The notes under the pieces: model-generated
What the model was told of the DNA's origin: nothing
The model's input: the letters and a program-made list of their open reading frames with translations, nothing else
Database searches by the model: none
Shown: positions 26,139 to 35,899 of the stretch, one piece after another
How positions within the stretch are numbered: position 1 is the first letter of the stretch
Layout: each line of letters starts with the position of its first letter
Program-made: the position numbers and the translations under genes
IMG/VR virus record: IMGVR_UViG_3300046719_000020
Coordinates: 1 to 44,707 of that record
From: a virus
Lineage: Duplodnaviria > Caudoviricetes
DNA length: 44,707 nucleotides
Reading direction: 5' to 3' (one strand)

Positions 26139-28334
26139 TTACGGGAGTTTTATAAGTTCGACAGTGGCTTCAATGCTTGAGTTCTCATACCCGGTAATCC
26201 GGTTAGCGTAGTACAGGTTAGACGTCTCCAGGGCCTTGATAGTGATCGGCCGAAGAAAATCCATATCAAGGAAAGTCTTGTTGGGCAAATTCGCCTGGGT
26301 GAATAACTTCACCGGGTCATTCAGGATCTTTCCGGGCACATTCCAATACGAATCGATGAGCGTCCTCTGATATTGAAGTGGGCTAGTGATAGCGCCGAAG
26401 CTAAGGGATTGTTTGTAGGAAGTGTTTATCGGCCGGCCCGTTTGCAACAGATTGAAAAACGCCAGGCTGAATTCCGTTTGGTCGAAGTCATCAAAGCGAA
26501 CGTTATTGAACCCGCTGAAATTAGTCACCAGGTAGAAAGGAATGTTCACCATCAAATAAACATCATCCGTGTCGGCGTAAGTAGGTAGCAATCGCGTTAT
26601 CGTGGCCGTTGCGTCCGTATCAAAAGGCAGCCCATAAACTTCTATGTATCCAGAACCAAGATTGTCTATCACCCAATCACCGTTGTATATTGGGTTTGTG
26701 CTTTCGCTTATTCTAACCAAATCCTTATCTAAGAAAATGTTTGTAGGTATGGCAAAGCGAGCCCATGTGGCAACTTGTGATACACTGGTGACCTGGACGC
26801 TTTCTTGTTCCTCAGCTTCCGTTAGATTAAGCCGCTCCATGCTCATATCGAAAGCAGGATTAATGTAACCTATTGGGTTACTGAAATCACTTTCAACCAG
26901 CGTTTCAGAATCAGAAAGAAAATCGTTATCAACATCGATGGACCCTTGTGCATACTTGAAAAAGTTCTGCACGTTGTAATCTCTCAGATCGTCGAAGTCA
27001 ACCTCATTGTATCCAAGTAAATTACGCTTGCCATAGTCCGAAATGAAATCGGTGTAGTCTACCTCCACATCGGAAATGAACTCTGAAAGATCAATAGGCT
27101 CTTTGCTTTTTATCTTGTCGAAGAAATTGAAAGTTAGCGTCTGTGTGATATTGTCAAAATGAGTAATGACATTGAACAGCCGAAGAATGTTTGAAACGTA
27201 TTGTTGCTGTGTCCACTTCCGAGGTATGGCCGCGTTACCGAAGACCTTATAAATGTAAGTGGGTGTTACTTTCATCCACCCGCGCAAGACATCGTTCTGT
27301 GTTGAACCTGTGCTTTGTTGCCACTCCCCGTAAAGCTCCAGCACATCCCCAGCGTCCAAATCAATCACCCGATCAAGCGTGAAATTGTCCTGATCACCCG
27401 GAGTAGCTGAGTTGTATAGCCCGCCTGCTGGTAAACCTATGTCCACAAATCCAGGATAAGCGCCGTTTATGTAAATATAAATCCGTTCATTGTAAGACGC
27501 GTCGACAATCTGTGGTACGAAGGAAGCTTCCAGGTGCACACGCATCTTAACCGGAGCAACATAACGGCTACCGGGTAAGTCGAATGGATTGTTTGACCCA
27601 TCGTAATAAGGGTAGTTGAAGTCGTTCTGGAAAGTGAGTTTATATCTAACATTCTCTCCAGGTCTGGAGGTAGTTGTTGTTTTTTGAATGTATGAAGAGT
27701 TTGCGTCGATTTCATCTTGGCTTTTATTATTTGATTGCGTGATCATGGAGTTGTACAGCGGGTCATCCAACAGTTCTCCTTGAATCTTAATGCTGTGATG
27801 CTGGAAGATTCTTTTGAATACCGTCTTCACATAAATACCGGCAACGAAGTCCTCAACTTTGATCTGTCTATACTTCCTGCGGATCAATAAACCGTTATCA
27901 ACGATCGGAAATACTATCCCGCTTGCCGCGGCTCGGTAAACCAGGATATTAGAAATGGTCTGGTCTACATCGAGATCGGAGAAATCAATATCAGACATCG
28001 GCCCCGAAAGAAGCCCGAACCAATTACTATTCCCTGAGAAAAACGAACAGCTTATAATCATTCCAACGACCCGCTCAATCCTTAAAAAGCCATCGTAAAC
28101 CTTCTGGCCATCGTCGTTTATGAGCTCACATGCGATCTGTTGATAGACCAATTTCGAAGCATTGTCGGCAAGCGGAAACCCAAGCACTCGCCTGTTATGA
28201 TTGGTGTCATCCAGTTCAAAGTCATAGCTGAAGTCCCCATCAGTTTCGGAGATGTTTTCAAACGGCTTCGCCTGGCGCTCGATCTCTATCGGGTCATTAA
28301 ATTCCAGGAACTCGCCATTTGCTTTTATCATCAT
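26139..28334 (-). CDS. minor tail / tail-tip protein
   Basis: 731 aa beta-rich, FSYDFEL..T..N...LG start, adjacent to tape measure. Confidence 0.75.
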   Translation of the reverse strand: MMIKANGEFLEFNDPIEIERQAKPFENISETDGDFSYDFELDDTNHNRRVLGFPLADNASKLVYQQIACELINDDGQKVYDGFLRIERVVGMIISCSFFSGNSNWFGLLSGPMSDIDFSDLDVDQTISNILVYRAAASGIVFPIVDNGLLIRRKYRQIKVEDFVAGIYVKTVFKRIFQHHSIKIQGELLDDPLYNSMITQSNNKSQDEIDANSSYIQKTTTTSRPGENVRYKLTFQNDFNYPYYDGSNNPFDLPGSRYVAPVKMRVHLEASFVPQIVDASYNERIYIYINGAYPGFVDIGLPAGGLYNSATPGDQDNFTLDRVIDLDAGDVLELYGEWQQSTGSTQNDVLRGWMKVTPTYIYKVFGNAAIPRKWTQQQYVSNILRLFNVITHFDNITQTLTFNFFDKIKSKEPIDLSEFISDVEVDYTDFISDYGKRNLLGYNEVDFDDLRDYNVQNFFKYAQGSIDVDNDFLSDSETLVESDFSNPIGYINPAFDMSMERLNLTEAEEQESVQVTSVSQVATWARFAIPTNIFLDKDLVRISESTNPIYNGDWVIDNLGSGYIEVYGLPFDTDATATITRLLPTYADTDDVYLMVNIPFYLVTNFSGFNNVRFDDFDQTEFSLAFFNLLQTGRPINTSYKQSLSFGAITSPLQYQRTLIDSYWNVPGKILNDPVKLFTQANLPNKTFLDMDFLRPITIKALETSNLYYANRITGYENSSIEATVELIKLP

Positions 28335-28747
28335 ACCGATTGCGATGGTATTGGGTCCGTGTACGAAATGCTAAACTCTAAAATGTATTGCTTGTCACCT
28401 TCGTCATATTTCTTGAACGAGTCAGTATCCACGATTACCGTTCGCCTGTCGGTGCGGGAGTAGATAATCTGAACGCAGGGAGAAGTTTTGATGTAGGCCA
28501 GCGCGTTCAACTGTTCCAATGTGATAAGCTGAGATCGCACAACAATCCTATTCCGTGAATTACGGAAGGTCTGTTTGCGAATAGTGTCCCCGGTGATTCC
28601 GTAAGAAGCTGGCCACTCCGGGAACATATTAATATCCACAGTACGCGAATCTTCGATGTCGACATCGTATTCCTTCTGCGCAGTGAATAGAAAGTACTCA
28701 AACCCACCCAGGTAGTTAAGCCACGATATGTAAAGTTCTACTATCAT
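28331..28747 (-). CDS. minor tail protein (distal-tail-like)
   Basis: WLNYLGGFEYFLF and SP.V motifs; coupled. Confidence 0.65.
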   Translation of the reverse strand: MIVELYISWLNYLGGFEYFLFTAQKEYDVDIEDSRTVDINMFPEWPASYGITGDTIRKQTFRNSRNRIVVRSQLITLEQLNALAYIKTSPCVQIIYSRTDRRTVIVDTDSFKKYDEGDKQYILEFSISYTDPIPSQSV

Positions 28748-30597
28748 TCCAGTTCGATTACGCCGCTGCTGTCTTCCAATTCAATAAACTCGCCACCTTC
28801 CAATTCAACAAATCCTCCCGATATTATCGAGGCTGGAATGTCACATGAACCTTCGATGTCAATGCAAAGGGTCTCTGTGATTTGGCCACCGTATCCGTTA
28901 CTCACCCAAATACAATATTGGTCATATCCGGATTCTATTTCGAGCGGAGCCCGAATAACTCCTATACCTGGAGCTGACAATGTGTTTTCCTGTGTCGCGA
29001 TGACGTCGCCTGCCAATTTCTTCTCTATTGAAATGATTAAGTCTCCCTCGAATTGATTCAGAAAGCTGATGTCAAAGAACCTATTCACAAAAGTGGTAGG
29101 CTGGTTTTGAAGGACAAGGAACTTAGCTAATGATGTAGGCGCATACAAGTATTCATTGAGCGCCGAAACGTTTATATTCTTGAACGGAAGCTTGGCGTTT
29201 ACCGCTATCCCTGTGAATGAGTCTCGTATCCCGGTAGTCGATGAAGGAACCGAAGGCGTTAAATCAGTGAATGAATCGATAGTCACGACTGGATCATCCA
29301 ATGCACCTATAGCCCCGGGGTAAAGAACCCTCACGCCAAGGCGAGCAGCACCAACAGGGCACACAAACTCGAACGTATCGCTAACCACTCCTCCAGAAGA
29401 TGGCGGATTCAGAACCTTTTCCGCTAATGTGGTAATGGCTACATCAGCAACGATAACGTGTATTTCACAAGTTACTGGGAATGTCATGCCACTATATGTG
29501 AACTGAAAGGCATATTTGTAAGTCTGCCCAGCCTCAAATGAAACACTTGTGGCCCCCAAGAAATCGCCCTGGCTTGGTCCAAGATCAGGTCCGTGCGCGG
29601 TGTTGAATGGATTTGATCCTCCTGTCCACAACCATCCTCCAGCCACAATAGCACCCCACATATTCAGCGGCACCAGCGTGAATGGCACGAATCCAGGCGT
29701 GTCCTTCCCGAAATACTCGGTCGTGATCTCTGTTCCGTCCGACACATCCCAGCTTTCAAAGTAGGATATGTAGAACGAGTTCCAAAAGTCTATGTTGTTT
29801 GGTAGTGTGTCGAGGGTGAGTTTGTTTCGGGTGGTGATGTAGCTTTTGATCAGCTCTGATATGGAGAACTTCACCCGGTTGTTAGCATCGGGCACGAATT
29901 TCAGTTCAGCCGCAATCTCAATAGGCTTGTAACTTTCCCAGGCGTGCCCAGACGGCAGTCCGCACCAGACATTAATGTGAACGGCGTAATTATTGTACCA
30001 TGTGCTGACCAATACCCCTGAAGTGACGAATGAGGCGTCATAAGCCAAATTAAGGACTATTGAGTAGTTATTTATTACCCTGAGTATCTGGTAGGTTTCA
30101 CGTGAAACGCCGTCCTCAAGCTGAACAAACGATAATGCGGTGGGGTCTGGTAGCTGGACGGCGAGGTTCAACCGCATGTATCCTGCCTCGTTGGCCGTGC
30201 TGGTTATCATTCGCGGGGTGTAATCGTCCTGGACCTGGTTGTTCGGGTATCGATCGGATTCAAGCTCGTAAACGATGGGAAGATGTGCGCACTGCCAGCC
30301 GTGATCCAATAGTGAATATCGGTAGGCAATCACATCACCCGAGCCGTTTATATAGGCAATATCGTCGCCTCCGGGTGAGTTCTTTAGCCTGAATTGAGTG
30401 GCATTGATCAGGGATACAAACCGGATGCCGTTGTAAGAATCGAAGTTTGAACGTATAAATACGGCCTGGTCTTCGGTTAGCCCATGCGCTGATGGGGTGG
30501 TTACTCGGATTGTTGAAAAGTAGTTGGATAGCGTTCCAGGCGAATCGGTGTCGGTTAACTTAAACTGCTTGGGTTGTTTCAGTACTTGAAGCGCCAT
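28744..30597 (-). CDS. minor tail/baseplate protein
   Basis: 617 aa beta-rich, AHGL; ends in acidic ELE repeats. Confidence 0.65.
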   Translation of the reverse strand: MALQVLKQPKQFKLTDTDSPGTLSNYFSTIRVTTPSAHGLTEDQAVFIRSNFDSYNGIRFVSLINATQFRLKNSPGGDDIAYINGSGDVIAYRYSLLDHGWQCAHLPIVYELESDRYPNNQVQDDYTPRMITSTANEAGYMRLNLAVQLPDPTALSFVQLEDGVSRETYQILRVINNYSIVLNLAYDASFVTSGVLVSTWYNNYAVHINVWCGLPSGHAWESYKPIEIAAELKFVPDANNRVKFSISELIKSYITTRNKLTLDTLPNNIDFWNSFYISYFESWDVSDGTEITTEYFGKDTPGFVPFTLVPLNMWGAIVAGGWLWTGGSNPFNTAHGPDLGPSQGDFLGATSVSFEAGQTYKYAFQFTYSGMTFPVTCEIHVIVADVAITTLAEKVLNPPSSGGVVSDTFEFVCPVGAARLGVRVLYPGAIGALDDPVVTIDSFTDLTPSVPSSTTGIRDSFTGIAVNAKLPFKNINVSALNEYLYAPTSLAKFLVLQNQPTTFVNRFFDISFLNQFEGDLIISIEKKLAGDVIATQENTLSAPGIGVIRAPLEIESGYDQYCIWVSNGYGGQITETLCIDIEGSCDIPASIISGGFVELEGGEFIELEDSSGVIELE

Positions 30598-31051
30598 TTA
30601 CAATGTCTTTGACTATAAAACCGATCAAATCCTTTTTGACAGCCTGGGTCAATTCGGCTATTAATTTCGTAATTGTTGGGGAATAAACAATACGGCCTCC
30701 TTTCTTGAATACCGAATCGCCCTCTTTATTGATCTTGTAGGCTATGAATTTTGCGAGCTGCTTGCGCTTCTTTTCGGTTAGATCGGAGCCTATTCCTTTG
30801 GCTTTCATGTACTCCAGGATGCTTAAATCATATTCCTGGTAAATGGTGGACTTGCGCGGGCCCCGGCCTGTTTCGAGGGTGCTGAAGAACTTACGGGCGA
30901 GGAATCGAAGGGTTATTTTGGTGCCGTCCTGGACGATCTCAAAGCGTATAGAGTCTTCCGTTTCGCCTGTGGCTGAGTATGGCCGTACGGCTTGTTTAAG
31001 GGCCTCTACGCCCGACTGACCACCTTTAGTGAGTACGCTAAGGACCGACAT
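30560..31051 (-). CDS. neck/tail completion protein candidate
   Basis: ATGETEDSI, LETGRGP, FIAYKINKEG; start ATG 31051 (TAATG overlap). Confidence 0.6.
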   Translation of the reverse strand: MSVLSVLTKGGQSGVEALKQAVRPYSATGETEDSIRFEIVQDGTKITLRFLARKFFSTLETGRGPRKSTIYQEYDLSILEYMKAKGIGSDLTEKKRKQLAKFIAYKINKEGDSVFKKGGRIVYSPTITKLIAELTQAVKKDLIGFIVKDIVNGASSTETTQAV

Positions 31052-31551
31052 TATTCCAGCGCTATAAACCCACCATTCTCCTGCAAAATCACATTGCTTT
31101 GCTCTACGCTGGGCAGGCAGTCTCCGGAGCGATCCGGCATATTGAGGTTGAAAGTAAGTATAACCCCGGTCAGGCATTGGGCATGTTTCTTACGGAAGGG
31201 ACGCCGGCCGATGTTGGAGATTGTTACCAGCTTCGAATTAGCCACCACCAGATTGTAGTACTTGCCCAGCTTCTGCCCAACTTCATCGCAAAAGTTTACA
31301 ATCGGTTCGTATTGGGTTTCGATGGAATCCTGGGTGTCCAGTTGGGCTATGTGGATAGTCACATCCCAGTTATTGAAGGGGATCGAGTTTATGAACTCCG
31401 GTGAGTCTTGGACCTCTTCTACCCAAACGTATGGCATCTCGCGGGCCTGGTTTGAGTTGAACTCAGAGATACGACCGCAGCCAAAGCCGAACTCGTTGCC
31501 GAGTAGCTTTGCCCCTGATTGTAGGAAGTCTTGAACTTGGGCGCGTGTCAT
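31051..31551 (-). CDS. tail terminator/completion protein candidate
   Basis: PYVWV, PF..LTGV pattern, size and position. Confidence 0.55.
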   Translation of the reverse strand: MTRAQVQDFLQSGAKLLGNEFGFGCGRISEFNSNQAREMPYVWVEEVQDSPEFINSIPFNNWDVTIHIAQLDTQDSIETQYEPIVNFCDEVGQKLGKYYNLVVANSKLVTISNIGRRPFRKKHAQCLTGVILTFNLNMPDRSGDCLPSVEQSNVILQENGGFIALE

Positions 31552-31754
31552 GCCACTTTAGCTATTAATACCTTTTGATTATCTTTATCCGAATAACCTA
31601 TCCCATCCGATGGCAATTGATCTACTTGCATGAAAAAATTGTAATATCCGCCAGGACCACCACACCCAGTTATCCAACCATAATCTTTAGGAACTTGACT
31701 CAACGGAACCTCTTTGCATCCTATTTTTTTGAAATATTCATATGATGTCTCCAT
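31548..31754 (-). CDS. hypothetical protein
   Basis: AT-rich small ORF coupled to next gene. Confidence 0.6.
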   Translation of the reverse strand: METSYEYFKKIGCKEVPLSQVPKDYGWITGCGGPGGYYNFFMQVDQLPSDGIGYSDKDNQKVLIAKVA

Positions 31755-31757
31755 TTT

Positions 31758-32536
31758 TTATTTCCTTTTGAGTTTAGATTTCATAACCTGTATCTCCTGG
31801 TAGCGTTTCACCGCCGCCGCGTGATGTGCAAGATACCGCAAATTGTGCTGAATTTCATACACAGACATCTTTAAGAGTTCGAAACGGTTGAATGGGGTTT
31901 CTTTCTCCAGGAAGAGAAGAGTTGAGTAATCCCCAAAATGCTCGGCAAGTTTTTTAAAACCTGCTTGTACTTCTTCGCTGGAGTAAGATGAGGGAGGGAG
32001 GTTGGACTTATGCCGTAGTTCAATTCTATCAACTTCTTCAAGGTAAAATTTCCGATTCCAAGCACCTCCGGGCTTGGGGCTTCAAGGAATTCGTCGGCCA
32101 TCCATTCAGACTTTTCCCAGTCGTATTCCCCGTGCTTTTGATCGCAAGCGTAGATTGCGCAGTAAAGAAGATATTTCTTCAGGGCCTCGGTTCCGGTTAA
32201 ATTGGCGCTACGCTTCATTTCGGCTTTCAAGTCGGTGTACTGGCCCAGGGTCTTTAAACCCAGGTTCTCCGGCACCTTATACTGAAGGATCGTTTTCGGG
32301 ACGTAGGCGGGGCATTCTGTTTTAAGGAACTCGATCAAAGCCAGGGCGGTATCTAGGTTCTCGATGTTTGCTTTTTTCAGGATGGCTTCATCGATCCCGG
32401 TCAGCGCCGCGAACACCTTTACGTAGTCATCCCCGCATTCGGTGAGCTTTAGGAAGGTTCCGAATGTGACCTGTTGCCAGGAGATGGGGAGCGTTTTGGT
32501 TGTAAGTACGCCGTTGATTTTGATCGTGATTTGCAT
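31758..32536 (-). CDS. tail assembly chaperone -1 frameshift product (GT-like, ~259 aa)
   Basis: In-frame A_AAT_TTT at 32051-32045; -1 frame open for 95 codons to TAA 31760-31758 (EEVQAGFKKLAEHFGDYSTL..MSVYE). Confidence 0.75.
31871..32536 (-). CDS. tail assembly chaperone (G-like)
   Basis: LPISWQQVT, TLGQY motifs; contains A AAT TTT slippery site. Confidence 0.75.
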   Translation of the reverse strand: MQITIKINGVLTTKTLPISWQQVTFGTFLKLTECGDDYVKVFAALTGIDEAILKKANIENLDTALALIEFLKTECPAYVPKTILQYKVPENLGLKTLGQYTDLKAEMKRSANLTGTEALKKYLLYCAIYACDQKHGEYDWEKSEWMADEFLEAPSPEVLGIGNFTLKKLIELNYGISPTSLPHLTPAKKYKQVLKNLPSILGITQLFSSWRKKPHSTVSNS

Positions 32537-32538
32537 GT

Positions 32539-32757
32539 TTAACCAAGTATTGTTTTGCCGGGAAATTCCTTCATTTTGGGCGTTTTTATTAAAATTGTTT
32601 GACCTGTTTCGCAGTCATGAAAGTAATCTTTTTGATGCTCAATAAGAGTGCCAGGTGAATACCAATTCATAGTGTATTCACAAATATCTGAGGCCAGGCA
32701 AAGCCATTCACTTGTTTTGGATGGAATGTATGGGATGATGGTAAATTTTGTATTCAT
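32539..32757 (-). CDS. hypothetical protein
   Basis: Coupled small ORF. Confidence 0.6.
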   Translation of the reverse strand: MNTKFTIIPYIPSKTSEWLCLASDICEYTMNWYSPGTLIEHQKDYFHDCETGQTILIKTPKMKEFPGKTILG

Positions 32758-32951
32758 AGCGTTACCCTCAATCCGTCACGCCTCTTTTTCCCGTCAAACC
32801 GGAGCTTGATCGAGAACTGAAAGTTGAAATTAAAGTTGTTGTAGTGAACTTGGTCCTGCATTGCGGCCCGCTTGAACTGTGGAGAATTCGTGTTCATCGG
32901 CCCGTATGAGGGGTTGCACATCATGAAAGCGGTTAGAAGTAAGGTGTTCAT
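32754..32951 (-). CDS. hypothetical protein
   Basis: Coupled small ORF. Confidence 0.55.
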   Translation of the reverse strand: MNTLLLTAFMMCNPSYGPMNTNSPQFKRAAMQDQVHYNNFNFNFQFSIKLRFDGKKRRDGLRVTL

Positions 32952-32952
32952 A

Positions 32953-34164
32953 TTATTTGTGGAATGATAAGCTAGTCGGTCGGGGCCTGTCTATCCATTT
33001 TGCTCGAGCCAGGGCCAGCGAACAAACAATGTCGTCATGCATGCCCTCGGGGGCTGAGTAACGCACCCCTCGCGCTACGTACTCGTATTCGAAAGCCTCA
33101 AGCTCATCCCTCATAATCCCGTCCAGAATGCCAATTTCGTGGCTTTGTATCGCTGAGCTAAGGCCCTCCATCAACTTTTGCTTCGATGGCGATGTGAAAG
33201 TATACCCCTCAAGTTGGTAACATTCTTTCATCATATCTTCCACTATTGGGTCGCCCACTCCGGTGCAGTCGGCAAATGCTGGCAGCCCTCCCACTATGGC
33301 AACTATCCTCCTTCTCGTTTGACCCCAATCGGACTGCCAGCGTTCGAAGCTACAAACGTCTCCGTTCATGTCCAATCCGGTTACCACTGTCCAGTCGATA
33401 GACTTCGCGAGATCTATCCCGAAGCACACTGGGGCAAGGTCAGAGATGGGTTTGAGGCACCGTTTTATGTGCTCCATCCCGAAAGGATTGGCCTGGTCGT
33501 CCAGGTCCTCAGCCTCGTACAGCTCTTTAAATGCCTGTTCTGGCAAGTCTCGTCTGGCTTGCTCTATCTCCTCAGCATCTAAAATACCAGCCTCTACCGC
33601 GTCGTAAGCAGTCACCTTGAAAGCCCTGTAACCTGGTTCGCCAGCCTTAGCCTTTACCCAAAGCTTGTGCCCCCAGTTCTTCTTTCCCTTGGCGTTCCCG
33701 ATGAACTTGCAAGGCCCCTTTGTGTGGGTCAGAGTCGACCGTAGCGCATGCCAAGCGGCTTCTTTAGCCCTGGTGAACTCATCAAAGACCGCCGCAAACA
33801 CGTCTTCCCCGTAAAGTGAATCGGGCTTGTCTGCAGACTTGAACCATATCCTAGCGTCATAAGGGAACGGTAATTCAATGAACAATTCGGATTCGTTTAT
33901 CCGGTAGCCCGCCTGGACAGCAACCCGTCGCATGCGGTTGAAAGCTATTTTAGCCTGCTGGAATATCGGAGCAACCCACCAGTAATTCGCGCCAGGCTTC
34001 TTTCTTTCATGTGCCCTCTCGAACAACCACCAGAGATGCGGGAAGGTCTTTCCAATCTTTGTGGCTCCTTTTACTACTGTGAATCGGGCATCGCAATAAA
34101 GAATATCCTTTTGGTATCCTGTTAAGTTTGGTCTTTGAATATTGATAACCAGCTCATCCGGCAT
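32953..34164 (-). CDS. terL: terminase large subunit
   Basis: GATKIGKT Walker A, VFDE Walker B, GIDLAKSIDWTV, HDDIVCSLALA; likely start ATG 34164. Confidence 0.93.
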   Translation of the reverse strand: MPDELVINIQRPNLTGYQKDILYCDARFTVVKGATKIGKTFPHLWWLFERAHERKKPGANYWWVAPIFQQAKIAFNRMRRVAVQAGYRINESELFIELPFPYDARIWFKSADKPDSLYGEDVFAAVFDEFTRAKEAAWHALRSTLTHTKGPCKFIGNAKGKKNWGHKLWVKAKAGEPGYRAFKVTAYDAVEAGILDAEEIEQARRDLPEQAFKELYEAEDLDDQANPFGMEHIKRCLKPISDLAPVCFGIDLAKSIDWTVVTGLDMNGDVCSFERWQSDWGQTRRRIVAIVGGLPAFADCTGVGDPIVEDMMKECYQLEGYTFTSPSKQKLMEGLSSAIQSHEIGILDGIMRDELEAFEYEYVARGVRYSAPEGMHDDIVCSLALARAKWIDRPRPTSLSFHK

Positions 34165-34594
34165 CGGTGAAGTTGATCTTTGTAATGGTCTTGTCAACGT
34201 CCTTCTTATCGGCCAATCCTAGATCTCGTGCTATAATGTTGTGATTGAAGATGCCAACAGAGGCCCCGCTGAACTTCTGATCGTAAATGGTTTCCTCTAT
34301 ACGTGTAAGGACCGTTACGAAATCTTTCGTACAATCTAATTTAAATTGCCTGAAATACCCCGTTGAAACATCCATGTATAGACAAAGTCCATGCAGAGTG
34401 TAGGGCCTGTCTTTCTTTAGGATCACCTCTTCTGCGTCTTTTCCCCTGAAATCGTTTACTTCTATTGGGTTTTCGTCACACCATTCAAAGTATTCGCATG
34501 CGGCTTCCCACATTAACTCGGGGGTTTCGAATAGCTTGTGGGCTCCGTGCCGACTTCTGAGTTTCCAAAACTGATTACCTGTTGGGGCTGCCAT
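34154..34594 (-). CDS. terS: terminase small subunit, P22 gp3-like
   Basis: MAAPTGNQFW..RSRHG..FETPELMWEAACEYFEW..NP; IIARDLGL. Confidence 0.9.
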   Translation of the reverse strand: MAAPTGNQFWKLRSRHGAHKLFETPELMWEAACEYFEWCDENPIEVNDFRGKDAEEVILKKDRPYTLHGLCLYMDVSTGYFRQFKLDCTKDFVTVLTRIEETIYDQKFSGASVGIFNHNIIARDLGLADKKDVDKTITKINFTDAG

Positions 34595-34766
34595 GGTGAT
34601 GGTTGTTTAGTATCCTATAGGCTTCGGCAAGAAGCTGGTTCATTTCCATTTCTTCAATGTTTTTACTGATTCGATCCATGCAGGTGCAGTGATTGGCGTA
34701 GGCCAGCATTTTGGCTCCTCCAAAGATACTGGACAAAAACAATAAATACATGGCTAGGTAAGTCAT
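34575..34766 (-). CDS. hypothetical protein with hydrophobic N-terminus
   Basis: Coupled ORF. Confidence 0.55.
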   Translation of the reverse strand: MTYLAMYLLFLSSIFGGAKMLAYANHCTCMDRISKNIEEMEMNQLLAEAYRILNNHHHGSPNR

Positions 34767-35152
34767 CTTGAAAGCAGTTTATAGAAAGCCCAGTGAATAG
34801 TAGCGTACAAAGCCCATATTATCCCTGCAAACCACCAATTAGCGCCGATCGCCAGGGTAATGGAAAGGCTCATTAAAAGCCTCATGAGGGCCTGGGAAGC
34901 GTGGTATGCATCGGTGTATGCCACAAATATGGTAGTCGAGCCCCAGAAGGCTGGAATTTTTTGATTTCCTATATTGTAATTTTTGTATTTCCGGTTGTGT
35001 TGCTCGATCCCGAAAAAGCTGTTTAACCCCTTGCTGAACCATCTCAACTTACCGTGATCCTTAGAATGCATATAGCTGGCCGGTATAGCGCTAAGCCCCA
35101 ACAAAAGCATCGAGGGCCAATAAGTGATCAGTATTTGGAGGAGGTGTTTCAT
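34763..35152 (-). CDS. membrane protein
   Basis: Start ATG 35152 coupled to upstream stop; FWGSTTIFVAYTDAYH; hydrophobic segments. Confidence 0.7.
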   Translation of the reverse strand: MKHLLQILITYWPSMLLLGLSAIPASYMHSKDHGKLRWFSKGLNSFFGIEQHNRKYKNYNIGNQKIPAFWGSTTIFVAYTDAYHASQALMRLLMSLSITLAIGANWWFAGIIWALYATIHWAFYKLLSR

Positions 35153-35397
35153 AAAAACGTTCGTGGCTTTGAAATGGAATTTACAATCATAGCAGCAATA
35201 AGCCCCAAAGCCCAGCCAACAGGAACCGAAGCAGCCAGCACAGCGCAGATCCGTGACCATAGCGCCATACACTCCCAAGAGCCACAGGACGACATTTTCA
35301 TACCAATGAGCGCCGCAATGAACATGGCTACCCCAAAGGCGATGGATAGCTTTGGGTTGAGCAGTATTTCAAGAAAGGATTTGGGCTTGTCTTTCAT
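35149..35397 (-). CDS. 2-TM membrane protein
   Basis: Two hydrophobic segments. Confidence 0.65.
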   Translation of the reverse strand: MKDKPKSFLEILLNPKLSIAFGVAMFIAALIGMKMSSCGSWECMALWSRICAVLAASVPVGWALGLIAAMIVNSISKPRTFL

Positions 35398-35879
35398 TTC
35401 GCAAACAGCAACTTAGCCGCCTCCTTTTGGGTTAAGTCTATGCCGTGAATGTCGGCCAGTACATCAACTACTGCCATGAGGCCGTTGAACATCCATTCCG
35501 GATCATTTGGGGCTTGCTTTTCAATATCTCCACCATCCTCGAATGCAAATTCAATTGCCGCCAACTCTTCTAATGAGTATCCAACTGTATCAATCTGTTT
35601 TTTGGCCCATCCTTTATATTCCTCTTTTCTTATGGTCTGGCCTGATGGGGTAGTGCAAAATACTTGATCCCAAATTGGTTGTATCTGGTTTTTGTTCCTG
35701 GTCCACATTGTTTCATAACTCCAAGTTCCACGACTTGGATCTCCATCTATCCTAATTTCGGCACCAATGGCATCAGCAATTAGGTTGCCAACCGCGCAAG
35801 CGCAACAATCATTATGCAAAAGCGTGTCGTTAAGATATGCTTTCACCAAGACATTAACGGTATAATTGAAATCTCTCAT
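35394..35879 (-). CDS. hypothetical phage protein
   Basis: CCACAVGN and GYSLEELAAIEFAFE motifs. Confidence 0.75.
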   Translation of the reverse strand: MRDFNYTVNVLVKAYLNDTLLHNDCCACAVGNLIADAIGAEIRIDGDPSRGTWSYETMWTRNKNQIQPIWDQVFCTTPSGQTIRKEEYKGWAKKQIDTVGYSLEELAAIEFAFEDGGDIEKQAPNDPEWMFNGLMAVVDVLADIHGIDLTQKEAAKLLFAK

Positions 35880-35899
35880 ATTTTTTTGTATTTGAAAGT

